A stretch of DNA of 64,000 bases, taken from positions 1 through 64,000 of the forward strand of contig JBEQLE010000015.1 of the NCBI GenBank assembly GCA_040326155.1, read 5' to 3'. Each line of letters begins with the position of its first letter. Within the stretch, counting starts at the first letter, position 1. A program made the translations under genes and the position numbers. This stretch comes from Leptospirales bacterium. GTDB lineage: Bacteria > Spirochaetota > Leptospiria > Turneriellales > JAOUFE01. Shown piece after piece: positions 48,423 to 58,078 of this stretch. The notes beneath the pieces are model-generated. The model did not search any database. It had not been told where the DNA came from and worked only from the letters and a program-made list of their open reading frames with translations.

Positions 48423-51400
48423 TGCGTACGGGAGAGTAATTACAAATTCCGTATATTCACCCAGCTCGGAACTTACTTCAATTTTACCTTTGTGTTCTTT
48501 TACAACAATGTCATAGCTGATGGAAAGTCCCAGGCCGGTTCCTTTGCCCGTTGGCTTGGTTGTAAAAAATGGTTCGAACAATTTAGCTTTTACTTCATCG
48601 CTCATTCCGGGACCGTTATCTTTAATACTGATACGCACTGACGTTTTTGTGTTCGAAGTTGAGACCTCAATATTCGGTTCGTAGTTTTTGTTTTCAAGTT
48701 TTTTCAGATGGGTCGCATACATGGCATTGTTAATGACGTTCAAAAAGACCCTGGAAACATCCTGTGGAATAAGACTTATTTCTGGAATCGATTTATAATT
48801 TTCTATTATTTCTATATTAAAATCAGTGTTAGTCGCTCGTAAAGAGTGGTATGTCAGGTTCAGGGAATCTTTTACTAATTTGTTTAGATTAGTCGCTTGA
48901 AAATTTCCGCTTCCGCCTCTGGAATGCAGCAACATGGAGTTGATAATATCATTTGCTCTTTGCCCGTGTTCCTCGATTTTGGAAATATTAGCGCTTGCCG
49001 TATCAATAACCTCTTGTATTTTCGGGTCAGTCTCTTTGTTCGAAAGTAGATCTTGCAGGTCTTTTAGTAGATCATTCGATAAGTTGGCGAAATTATTTAT
49101 AAAGTTTAACGGGTTTTTTATCTCATGGGCGATGCCCGCAGTCAAGTTACCAAGAGACGCCATTTTTTCCTGAACAATAATTTTATCCTGAGAATCTTTA
49201 AGCTCTTTCGTTCTCTCTTTTACTTTTTCTTCGAGCTGATTATAGATTAAGGAGTTTTCTATGGACACGGCAATTTGCGACGATAAAAGATTCAGTGTCT
49301 CCAGCCTTTGCGCTGTAAACGCTGCGCTCATTAAGTTGTTTTCCAGGTACAAAACTCCGTTTAATTTACCCTGGTTTATAAGCGGCATACATAAAACAGA
49401 TTTTGGGCTGTGTTTGACGATATAAGCGTCGCGAATGAAATTGCCTTCTTTTGCAGCGTCGTGTAAAACCACATTCTCGCGGCTGCGAATAACATAGTGA
49501 ATTATTTTGGCTGATACTTGATCGCTTTTTTCAAGCGGCAGGGATTGTAAAATATCGTTATTCGATTTTTCAATACTGCTTTCGGCTTCGATAAACCAAT
49601 TGTCCCCGTTCGGTAAAATCAGAAATCCTTTTTCAGCTCCAGCATTTTCTATAACAATGCGCATCATTTTATCCAATAATTTATTTAACGCTATCTCTCC
49701 GGACAATGTTTGTGCGGCTTTTAAAATGCTGTTTAAATCTATCCAGGTTGATCCGCTTTTCGTTGAAGATGACGCCGATCTTGATGAGGTAATCGTTGGG
49801 CTTATAGATTCAGTACTATTAGTTTCAGGTACGAATATTTCCGGAAATCGGAATTCCAGGTTTTTCACTTTTGCTAACGCCCCCCATTGTTGGTAGGCAG
49901 AATGAGCATCACGTAAATATATTTCAGCTAATTTGGAATTGCCTTTTCCAAGGTAGAATTGACCGGCTAATTCATAAGCAAGAGCTTCTTCATTTATGTA
50001 TTGATTTTCATGGGCAAGATCAATCGCTTTGTCATAAAATTCTCGTGCGTCACCATGTTTTCCCATCACACGAGAAAGTTCCGCTTCCACTAAATCATAT
50101 TTGTGTTGAAAATTCATCGGTGCGTGATGTGCCCATGTTTTCATTTTATCCTGGTTTGCGGAAACTAAAATCAACGTAGCGCTTTGCTGTTTCCTGGATA
50201 AATCAGGAAATAAGGCCAATCTAGCGAGCGAATCATAAAAATGAAATATCGCCACAACGAGTGCTCCTGTAACGCCGTCTAAATACTCTTTGGCGAAATC
50301 GGCGTTTTCTATGGCTTGTTGATATTCTTGAAACATATAATGTAAAATACATTTATTTAGATAAAAATAATGGAGTGACATTCGATCATTCGTACTGAGA
50401 TATCGTGGTAAGCAGATATTTTCGTCATATTTTTCACCGCTCAAGTGACTTGGATTGTCTGAGTGCCCCATCAGGTTTAATACGACCTGTCGCCACATAT
50501 AATTCCAATTCAGAACTGCTTCCTGATTAAGTCGTGCGATTGAATTGTCGTAACTGGCTAATTCTGGTTCGAGCTCAACAAGCGGATTTCCTACAAAATA
50601 GGAATAATAGAGGTGTACATGAATAAGGTATGCTGCATATTCCATGTCTCCTACTTCTAAACCGATTTGATAGGCGTCCAGCGATGGTTGTAATGACGCT
50701 CTTGCGTGTTCTTTCCAAGGCCGTATAAAGTGATTGAATGTTAGCGCCGCCCGTGCTCTTAGTCTCTTTTCACCTAATTTTTCTGATATAGCCAGAGCCA
50801 GTAAGCCAAATTGATGTCCGGCTTCAATACCCCCCGGGATGCTACTCAGAATTAAACCGGCAAGGGAATAGGCAAAACCTGATTCGGTAGAATTACCGTA
50901 ATTCAGTGATATATCAATTTGTGTTACCGCCAAAGGAATCAACAATTCCGGCAGGGCCATATAAGCGGCTGAAGTGACTGCCATCATAGTTTGCATGGCA
51001 TATTTCTTTTCAACATTTGTCATTGTTGGCAGTTGAATAAGAGAAGAGATCTTTCGGTTGGACAGGGGGCCTAGTATTTGTTGCAATATCAAATCGGCTT
51101 CCTGATCAAACGATTCTTCCGATAAAACAATACCCAATCTGTTTAGAAATGTTTTTGCAATTTCAATAGCCTTTATATACTGATCCTGCGCGATATATGC
51201 CTGTATTTGGAGTTCACAAATTTTCACTTCATCAGGTATGGCTCGCGCATAATGCAACACCGCTTCAGCAAATTGATCCATTTGTTCAAAATCGCCTATG
51301 AGATAAGCTGCTTCAGTTGTTTCGGTATAGAGATCGCGCGTCAAATTATATTCAATTTCCCAACAGTCATTTGTTAAACAATTTCGGCCAACTGAGAAAT

Positions 51401-53735
51401 AATCAACCGCCGCGTCGTAAGCTGTTGCAAACTTAGCCTTTTGACCAGCCATTAAATTCAGTTCAGCTATCTGGCATTTTTCCTTCGGTTTTGTTACCAA
51501 TTCAATGGCTCGATTATAATGTCCCACAATATCAAAAATATTTTCTTCCAGGTTATCAGGAGTAGTACTTTTGAGCAGTAAGCGACCAATTTGTAAATGG
51601 ACGGCTTGTTTCTTTTCATCACTAATCAATGTATATGCGCCTTGTTGTACACGATCATGTAAGAATTTTAATTCGTTCAACTGAAATTCTGGATTATTCA
51701 TAACGTTAATCCCTATCTCGAATTCGGACAGAGGCAAGATCAATCTTTCCCTTAGCATTGGCATTAGATCTTGAAAAGTATCTTTGACCGATTTTTCATA
51801 AATAACAGACAAAGTATATAAATCAAAACGATTGCCCACACAAGCTGCAAGACGAACAATCTGTTGCGTGGAATCAGGTAATTTCTTCAATTTCTCAATC
51901 ATCAAATCCACAACATTATCAGTAATATTAAGCATTTTTATTTTTTGAATATCCCAGCCCCAATGGAATTTCTGAGTCCTGGTAGGCGCACTGAATTGTA
52001 GAAGATTTTCCTCGTATAAAGTATATAGAAATTGATTTACAAAAAACGGATTCCCATTTGTTTTTTTCATCAACAGATTAGTTAAAGATTCCACTTGTTT
52101 TAAACTCTGATGCAAACTTTCAGCAATTAATTGATTGATATGTTCAAAAATAAGAGGCTTTAATGCGATGTGATTGATATCAACATGTTCATCGCGAAGT
52201 TTATCCAGAGTATTCATCACCAAATGAGTCGAATCTACTTCATTATCCCGATATGCTCCTATTATAAACAGACCGTTGTTATCCTGATCGGTCAGTACCA
52301 ATTCTAATAATTTAAGCGTTGCCGAATCTACCCATTGCAGATCGTCCAGAAATATGGTTAAAGGATGATCGGGTTTGCAAAATGTACGAATAAAGTTTTG
52401 AAAAACAAGGTTAAAACGATTTTGAGATTCTGTTGGACCCAATTGGGGAATCGGAGGCTGTTTGCCAATAATTAATTCCACCTGAGGAATAACATCAATA
52501 ATGACTTGTCCATTAGGGCCAAGACCCTCCAGTATTTTCTGTTTCCAGGTGGACAGTTTGTCTCTTGCTTCTGTGAGCAATTGCTGCATTAAATTGGCAA
52601 AAGCAATAATAATTGCAGTGTAGGGAATATTGCGTTTAAGTTGGTCAAATTTACCAGATACAAAATAACCTGGTTGATTGCTAATTTGTTTATAAGCTTC
52701 TTTAACCAATACAGATTTGCCAATACCGGAATAACCCGTAACCAGCATGATTTCTGTTTCCCCGGAAGCTACTCTTTGAAAGGCAGAAAGTAAAGTATTG
52801 ATTTCATTATTTCGTCCATACAGTTTACCGGAAATTTGTAATTTTCGCGAATAATCCTGGCTTCCCAATGAAAACTCTTTTAAATCCTGGTTGCATTTTT
52901 CCAGATCATGACAAAGGCCAAAAGCAGATTGATAACGATCTTCAGCATTTTTTGCCAGAAGTTTCATAATAATATTCGAGATAATGATCGGAATTTTGAC
53001 ATCTACTTTATGTGGAGGTTTTGGAATTACGGCAAGATGAGCATGAATAAGTTCTAAAGGATCATCAGAATGAAACGGAAGGTTGCCGGTTAACAGTTCA
53101 TAAAAAATGACACCCAGTGAATAAAGATCACAATAATAATCAACGGCTCTGTTTATTCTGCCCGTTTGCTCTGGAGAAATATACTCAAGGGTTCCCTGGA
53201 GGGGGCCATCAAGGTTTCCTGAAGGCACAATATGTTTATTGTCTTGAGAAAGTAAAGTGGCAAACTGGAAATCAATCAGTTTAATTTTACCCGTGTCCGG
53301 ATTTACTATAATGTTTAATGGATTTAGATCTAAATGGATAATTCCTTTGTTGTGAACGAACTCCACCACATCTACAATTTTTGTTGCTGTCTTTAGAAAT
53401 TCTTTGTTTCGTAAAATTTTATTTTTAGACTGGTTATTTTTAATCCACTCTTGCAAAGTGATAGAACCATCGTCATTAAAAACAAGCATCGGTTCTTTAT
53501 TCGCAACCTCTACTGAAAGCAGATTCACAATATTGTCTTCTTTTTTGGTTTTTTCTGCTTCCTTCAAAAAAGAGAGCATCTTCGATTCATTTTTGAAATT
53601 TCTACCTGATTTTTTATTGATTTTGAGAATAACAGGTAACAAATCTGTTTTTCTTTTTGCACGCCAGACTACGGTAAACTCACTTTCATAAAGTTTTTTA
53701 ATGGTCTCGTAGTCGTTGATTATTGACGATTTCAT
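48405..53735 (-). CDS. Ser/Thr kinase-like + AAA ATPase + TPR + GAF + histidine kinase fusion
   Basis: IIHLDLNPLN, YISPEQTGR, GYSGIGKS, FLDDLQWVD, GNPFF, FLHDRVQQ, GAF (GVLYLEN), H-box AHEIKNPLN, GTGLGL. Confidence 0.92.
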   Translation of the reverse strand: MKSSIINDYETIKKLYESEFTVVWRAKRKTDLLPVILKINKKSGRNFKNESKMLSFLKEAEKTKKEDNIVNLLSVEVANKEPMLVFNDDGSITLQEWIKNNQSKNKILRNKEFLKTATKIVDVVEFVHNKGIIHLDLNPLNIIVNPDTGKIKLIDFQFATLLSQDNKHIVPSGNLDGPLQGTLEYISPEQTGRINRAVDYYCDLYSLGVIFYELLTGNLPFHSDDPLELIHAHLAVIPKPPHKVDVKIPIIISNIIMKLLAKNAEDRYQSAFGLCHDLEKCNQDLKEFSLGSQDYSRKLQISGKLYGRNNEINTLLSAFQRVASGETEIMLVTGYSGIGKSVLVKEAYKQISNQPGYFVSGKFDQLKRNIPYTAIIIAFANLMQQLLTEARDKLSTWKQKILEGLGPNGQVIIDVIPQVELIIGKQPPIPQLGPTESQNRFNLVFQNFIRTFCKPDHPLTIFLDDLQWVDSATLKLLELVLTDQDNNGLFIIGAYRDNEVDSTHLVMNTLDKLRDEHVDINHIALKPLIFEHINQLIAESLHQSLKQVESLTNLLMKKTNGNPFFVNQFLYTLYEENLLQFSAPTRTQKFHWGWDIQKIKMLNITDNVVDLMIEKLKKLPDSTQQIVRLAACVGNRFDLYTLSVIYEKSVKDTFQDLMPMLRERLILPLSEFEIGINVMNNPEFQLNELKFLHDRVQQGAYTLISDEKKQAVHLQIGRLLLKSTTPDNLEENIFDIVGHYNRAIELVTKPKEKCQIAELNLMAGQKAKFATAYDAAVDYFSVGRNCLTNDCWEIEYNLTRDLYTETTEAAYLIGDFEQMDQFAEAVLHYARAIPDEVKICELQIQAYIAQDQYIKAIEIAKTFLNRLGIVLSEESFDQEADLILQQILGPLSNRKISSLIQLPTMTNVEKKYAMQTMMAVTSAAYMALPELLIPLAVTQIDISLNYGNSTESGFAYSLAGLILSSIPGGIEAGHQFGLLALAISEKLGEKRLRARAALTFNHFIRPWKEHARASLQPSLDAYQIGLEVGDMEYAAYLIHVHLYYSYFVGNPLVELEPELASYDNSIARLNQEAVLNWNYMWRQVVLNLMGHSDNPSHLSGEKYDENICLPRYLSTNDRMSLHYFYLNKCILHYMFQEYQQAIENADFAKEYLDGVTGALVVAIFHFYDSLARLALFPDLSRKQQSATLILVSANQDKMKTWAHHAPMNFQHKYDLVEAELSRVMGKHGDAREFYDKAIDLAHENQYINEEALAYELAGQFYLGKGNSKLAEIYLRDAHSAYQQWGALAKVKNLEFRFPEIFVPETNSTESISPTITSSRSASSSTKSGSTWIDLNSILKAAQTLSGEIALNKLLDKMMRIVIENAGAEKGFLILPNGDNWFIEAESSIEKSNNDILQSLPLEKSDQVSAKIIHYVIRSRENVVLHDAAKEGNFIRDAYIVKHSPKSVLCMPLINQGKLNGVLYLENNLMSAAFTAQRLETLNLLSSQIAVSIENSLIYNQLEEKVKERTKELKDSQDKIIVQEKMASLGNLTAGIAHEIKNPLNFINNFANLSNDLLKDLQDLLSNKETDPKIQEVIDTASANISKIEEHGQRANDIINSMLLHSRGGSGNFQATNLNKLVKDSLNLTYHSLRATNTDFNIEIIENYKSIPEISLIPQDVSRVFLNVINNAMYATHLKKLENKNYEPNIEVSTSNTKTSVRISIKDNGPGMSDEVKAKLFEPFFTTKPTGKGTGLGLSISYDIVVKEHKGKIEVSSELGEYTEFVITLPYAPSARD

Positions 53736-53826
53736 TTTCTTATCTTTGAAAGATTCTCGATTTTTTTGACCTTGCTAACATTTACACCAATTGGTGTATA
53801 GAATCAATCTTTTTTTATCATTTTTA

Positions 53827-53858
53827 CCGTATGCACGCGATTCATCGCGTGCATACGG
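53827..53858. repeat. 32-bp near-perfect palindrome (REP-like), relative of 48391..48422
   Basis: CCGTATGCACGCGATTCATCGCGTGCATACGG. Confidence 0.85.
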
Positions 53859-53970
53859 AATTCCACAATAAAACGCGGGGGGTAAGCCGCAACCGTGTGC
53901 GGCGGAGGGGCGGGCTAAGCCCCTTTTAAATCTTTTTGAGACGTTGGCACGACTGCACAAGCTGTAAAAT

Positions 53971-54987
53971 CTAAGCTTCTATCTGCCCACTTTTCACTAA
54001 ATGGTAATAAGCCGTAATCACATACGTTCCTATAATTTCTTCTTTGTTGCACCCTCTCGATAAATCCGAGGCATGTTTTCCCAACCCTACCATTACTGGC
54101 CCGAGGGCGCTTAAACCGCCGAATTGCTGGGCAAGTTTATAACCGATATTGCCGGATGAAAGATCTGGGAAAATGAAAACATTGGCGTTACCTTGAATGG
54201 GACTCTTCGGGGCTTTTCTCTGGGCGACGTCGGCAGACAAAGCTGTATCAGCCTGTAATTCTACATCGTATACAAAAGACGGATTTAATTTTTCGAGTTC
54301 TTGACCCGCTTGAATAATCGCGTCGACGGGTTCTCCAGAGCCGGAACCTTTTGTACTGTAGGTTAACAAAGCAGCCCTGGGTTCAATATTGTAAACGTCT
54401 TTGGCAATATTTCCAACCTGGTAAGCAATTCGAGCCAGGTATTTTGGCGAGGGAGATATATTGACGGCGCAATCTGCGAAAAACGAGACCATTTCAGGTT
54501 GTGTTTCACTTTTTTCACGATACATCATAAAAAAACTTGTGGCTAACCCTTCTTTTCGATTCGTTTTTAAAACCTGGTAAAAAGTTCGAATTACATCGGC
54601 GCTTGTTTCGACGGCTCCTGTAATATGCACATTGGCCATTCCCGTTTCATGAAACAGAGTTCCAAAAACCAGGCGGTTTTTTACTGCTTCTCGTGCAGAT
54701 TCCATGTCATAGTATTTTGGCTGCAAGGTAACCAGCCGCTCTGCAAATTTTTCTTGTAAATCGTTATGGTTCGGGTCGATAAAGCGTATATTATTGAGCT
54801 TTATGCCTTGTTTTGCCGCTAAAGAGTTAATAATTTCCGGGTTTCCAATAAGGGTAATCTCTTTCGCGAGCCCTTCTCGAATTAGATCAACAGCGGCCGC
54901 CACAATACGCTCATCGTCTCCTTCACTAAACACGAGCGAGGGAGGTTTGGTCCGTATGACCGTTTTTAAGTTTTCAAGCAATGACAT
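53971..54987 (-). CDS. pta: Phosphate acetyltransferase (short PTA_PTB form)
   Basis: FSEGDDERI, FADCAVN, ELQADTAL, FPDLSSGNIGYKL, DLSRGC. Confidence 0.9.
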   Translation of the reverse strand: MSLLENLKTVIRTKPPSLVFSEGDDERIVAAAVDLIREGLAKEITLIGNPEIINSLAAKQGIKLNNIRFIDPNHNDLQEKFAERLVTLQPKYYDMESAREAVKNRLVFGTLFHETGMANVHITGAVETSADVIRTFYQVLKTNRKEGLATSFFMMYREKSETQPEMVSFFADCAVNISPSPKYLARIAYQVGNIAKDVYNIEPRAALLTYSTKGSGSGEPVDAIIQAGQELEKLNPSFVYDVELQADTALSADVAQRKAPKSPIQGNANVFIFPDLSSGNIGYKLAQQFGGLSALGPVMVGLGKHASDLSRGCNKEEIIGTYVITAYYHLVKSGQIEA

Positions 54988-55410
54988 ATCGTCTATTTTA
55001 CATCAACCACCATTTTGTCAACGAATGCTTTACCAAATAAAGAAAACAAGAAGTAAATATAAGGCTGACTACGAACTTTGTTTTTTTGAAGGGTAAAGGT
55101 ACTAAAGTCTGTTTGTTTATAGCTCGGAATGCAACCGGACTACATCTTTGTATTAAATTTGAGCCACAAGGCACAAAGGTCGCGAAGTAAGAGTAAAAAA
55201 ATAAAAGAATTGTATAACGACTAAAAAAAGCATCCAACCCAGGCGCAATATAGAACGTAACAAATATACCCAATTTTGGTCTGTATTATTAGCATATACA
55301 TATTAATTATATATCACATAATTTTTTTATTGACTACGACTCTTAATTGTGAGACAGGATAATGGTTGTAAGAAAATGAATTGTAACAGTTTGTTCCGTA
55401 GGAGGTAACA

Positions 55411-56925
55411 ATGAACATTTTAAAGAAAGTAAAAAACAAGTCGATTCGTGTAACAACAGGGGTTGCGTTGACTGCATTACTGCTCGGCCAATATGTCTAT
55501 GGTTATAATGAGAATTATAATCAATATTTAACAGATGCTGAACAGCAATTTTGCGAAGGATTAACCATACATTTCGATTTTCCACTTATTTACAATGTAG
55601 ACGGCGATAACTTACGATTAATGTCAAGCGGTGGAACCTGGATAAATACGGCCATTAACCCATGGGGAGCCCATGTCCCTATTTATACCGGGCACGTAGA
55701 AGGAAACGGTAAGTCAGACTGGACATCTTATGCGACAACAGATTATGCAGAAATGACAGTACTCGGCCCTGGCGGCGCAAACGGGAAATGTGGTGGACCA
55801 GAAGAAACTTGCGGTATGCATATCGATGAACTTCTCGCATTGAACCCGCCATACGTTGCGCCAGAGGACGGGTTTCGAGTCAAAAGTGTGGTTCTTGAAG
55901 CAATAAACGATCCCATGTCTGAGGCAACAGGGGGAACAAAGTGGCGCGTTGACGGTAATATTTGCAATATTGCTTATTCGTTTATGCATGTTGGGCAAAT
56001 ATCTGATGTAGTAGCTGACCAAATGGTGGAAAAGGGGTATCAAGACCCGAGAACGGCTACAGGAGATCATATCGATATCAACCTGATTGCAGACCCTGCA
56101 AATCCGGTTGTTCTCGCCGATGGCGACTATATTGCGTTTGCCGAGATTTTCGCTAAAGAGATAGACGGCCATCCTGGTTATTATGAGACATCATTGGAGC
56201 ATCAGCTTTTTCCGAATTCGCATCTCGAATTTCGCGCATGGGACTACCGAAGACCTGATCTGGGAAGCAGTTTTCCAATGTTTCTTTTGTTAGAAAATGA
56301 TGCCATATTGGATAAGTTCAAGCAATTTTTAGTCACTCCATACCCAATGTTTCTTTTTAACGATCCCGATAATGAGCTGACATGGTTGTGGGCCGCCGAA
56401 GCGGTACCCTGGACGACAGAGAGCGCATCAAATGAAGATTATTCATCTATTCATAGTAGTTTAGGTGGATGGTTTGAGAAGGCAATGCCTGCGCCATGCG
56501 TTGAATTGGCTAATGACTGCGATCAACTATTGTCAATTTTCCGTATACATAAAAATTCAATCTTCTATGATTCTAATTTGTATAGCAGCGCTGACTCGAA
56601 TTACCTGTTGTATTATCGGCATGATAATTCAGAAGAACCAACTTTCGCAAATGGAGTTTATGGAGAGTTGTTGTCTCCTTTGTATCCAGATCCGCTGAAG
56701 GGTAATTTCAGGGTTAAATGGGGTAGTCCAAATGCCGCTAAGCCTTTATATCAGGTAATTGCTTATAGGGTTTCTCCAGGACAAGAGATTATGCGCGTTT
56801 TTTTCGGACCTTTACTAAGTGACAAAAATGCTATGGTTGATATAATTGTACCCAATGGTACAGAAGTCTGTGACGGCGTCAATGTCGTTTGTTTTAATCA
56901 TATGTTTCCACAAGCGCAAGAGTAG
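55411..56925 (+). CDS. Secreted hypothetical protein with a possible M23/LytM-like domain
   Basis: GGAGG RBS, signal peptide; VAPEDG, YSFMHV, V..GDYIA and SHLEFR motifs. Confidence 0.65.
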   Translation: MNILKKVKNKSIRVTTGVALTALLLGQYVYGYNENYNQYLTDAEQQFCEGLTIHFDFPLIYNVDGDNLRLMSSGGTWINTAINPWGAHVPIYTGHVEGNGKSDWTSYATTDYAEMTVLGPGGANGKCGGPEETCGMHIDELLALNPPYVAPEDGFRVKSVVLEAINDPMSEATGGTKWRVDGNICNIAYSFMHVGQISDVVADQMVEKGYQDPRTATGDHIDINLIADPANPVVLADGDYIAFAEIFAKEIDGHPGYYETSLEHQLFPNSHLEFRAWDYRRPDLGSSFPMFLLLENDAILDKFKQFLVTPYPMFLFNDPDNELTWLWAAEAVPWTTESASNEDYSSIHSSLGGWFEKAMPAPCVELANDCDQLLSIFRIHKNSIFYDSNLYSSADSNYLLYYRHDNSEEPTFANGVYGELLSPLYPDPLKGNFRVKWGSPNAAKPLYQVIAYRVSPGQEIMRVFFGPLLSDKNAMVDIIVPNGTEVCDGVNVVCFNHMFPQAQE

Positions 56926-56941
56926 ACTTTGCCTTTGCTTT

Positions 56942-56971
56942 GCGCCCCGACGTAATTTTACGACGGGGCGC
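56942..56971. terminator. GC-rich hairpin after the secreted protein gene
   Basis: GCGCCCCG-A-CGTAA-TT-TTACG-A-CGGGGCGC; no clear U-tract. Confidence 0.45.
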
Positions 56972-57027
56972 CCCCACCATTAATTGTCTTTACATGGCAT
57001 GGTTGAGTTAAGTTAAGTGGAGACCTT

Positions 57028-58029
57028 ATGAGTTATGATGTTATTGGTATTGGAAATGCACTTGTAGATATTCAGGTTCAGGTAGAAGACGAATTATTAA
57101 CGGAACTGGAATTTCTGAAGGGCGGAATGGTTCTTTCAGAATTGAAACAACAGCGAACTTTGCTGGGCAAACTGCGCGGTTATTCGCGTAATATCGCCAG
57201 TGGTGGTTCAGCGGCAAATACAATCCATGGGCTTGGCGCCATGGGTACGAAAACATATTATATTGGCAAGGTTGCCAACGATGAATTTGGAAAACACTAC
57301 ACGGAAGATATGGCCGAATGTTCCGTAGGCTTTCCTGGACCCGACGCAGATGACCATGGAACCGGTACTTCGGTGGTGTTAATTACTCCCGACGCACAAA
57401 GAACGATGGTCACAAATCTCGGCATTTCATCGGAACTTCACTCTGATAATGTTGATTTAACTATTTTGGATGATGCTAAAATCGTCTATATTGAAGGTTA
57501 TTTATGGTTAGGTGAAAATACTCGTGAGGCGGCTTTAAAGCTGGCAAAAGAGGCAAAAAGCAGGGGAATTCTGGTCGCTTTTACTTTAAGTGACGCTTTT
57601 GTGGTAAATACAGCTCGCGACGCAATTGTCGATTTTATTCAATGGCATGTCGATATTTTATTTTGTAATGAGAGTGAGGGCAACGCCCTGGCTCAAAGTG
57701 AAGACGCGAAAGAGTCTATTTCTTATATAAAAGCCATGGTCGATACTCTCTTTTTTACCAGAGGTGAAGAAGGGGCCTGGGCCTTGCACCAAAGTGAAGA
57801 ACTTGCAGAGGTACATAGTTTTAAAACCGTAGCTGTAGATACTACAGGCGCGGGTGATCTTTTTGCTGCGGGAGCTTTGTATGGTATGTTGCATCATAAA
57901 ACCATGGAAGAGTGTTCTATTCTCGGATGTTACCTGGCTTCCCAGGTTGTCTCTCACCTTGGCGCAAGACTGCCTTCTCAGTTTCATAAAAAGGTAGATA
58001 AAATTATTGAACTCTACCGGAGCATCTAA
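57028..58029 (+). CDS. PfkB-family kinase (adenosine kinase-like)
   Basis: GIGNALVD, SGGSAANT, RTMVTNLG, YIEGYLW, FCNESE, DTTGAGDLFAAG. Confidence 0.92.
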   Translation: MSYDVIGIGNALVDIQVQVEDELLTELEFLKGGMVLSELKQQRTLLGKLRGYSRNIASGGSAANTIHGLGAMGTKTYYIGKVANDEFGKHYTEDMAECSVGFPGPDADDHGTGTSVVLITPDAQRTMVTNLGISSELHSDNVDLTILDDAKIVYIEGYLWLGENTREAALKLAKEAKSRGILVAFTLSDAFVVNTARDAIVDFIQWHVDILFCNESEGNALAQSEDAKESISYIKAMVDTLFFTRGEEGAWALHQSEELAEVHSFKTVAVDTTGAGDLFAAGALYGMLHHKTMEECSILGCYLASQVVSHLGARLPSQFHKKVDKIIELYRSI

Positions 58030-58078
58030 CTTCATTAATAAAATGTTTTTTTCGTTCACTAATTTGCTGCGTACTCTT

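Noticed and set aside
53945..53962. Sigma54 promoter TTGGCACG
   Set aside because: No GC at the required GG-N10-GC spacing, and no downstream + strand gene.
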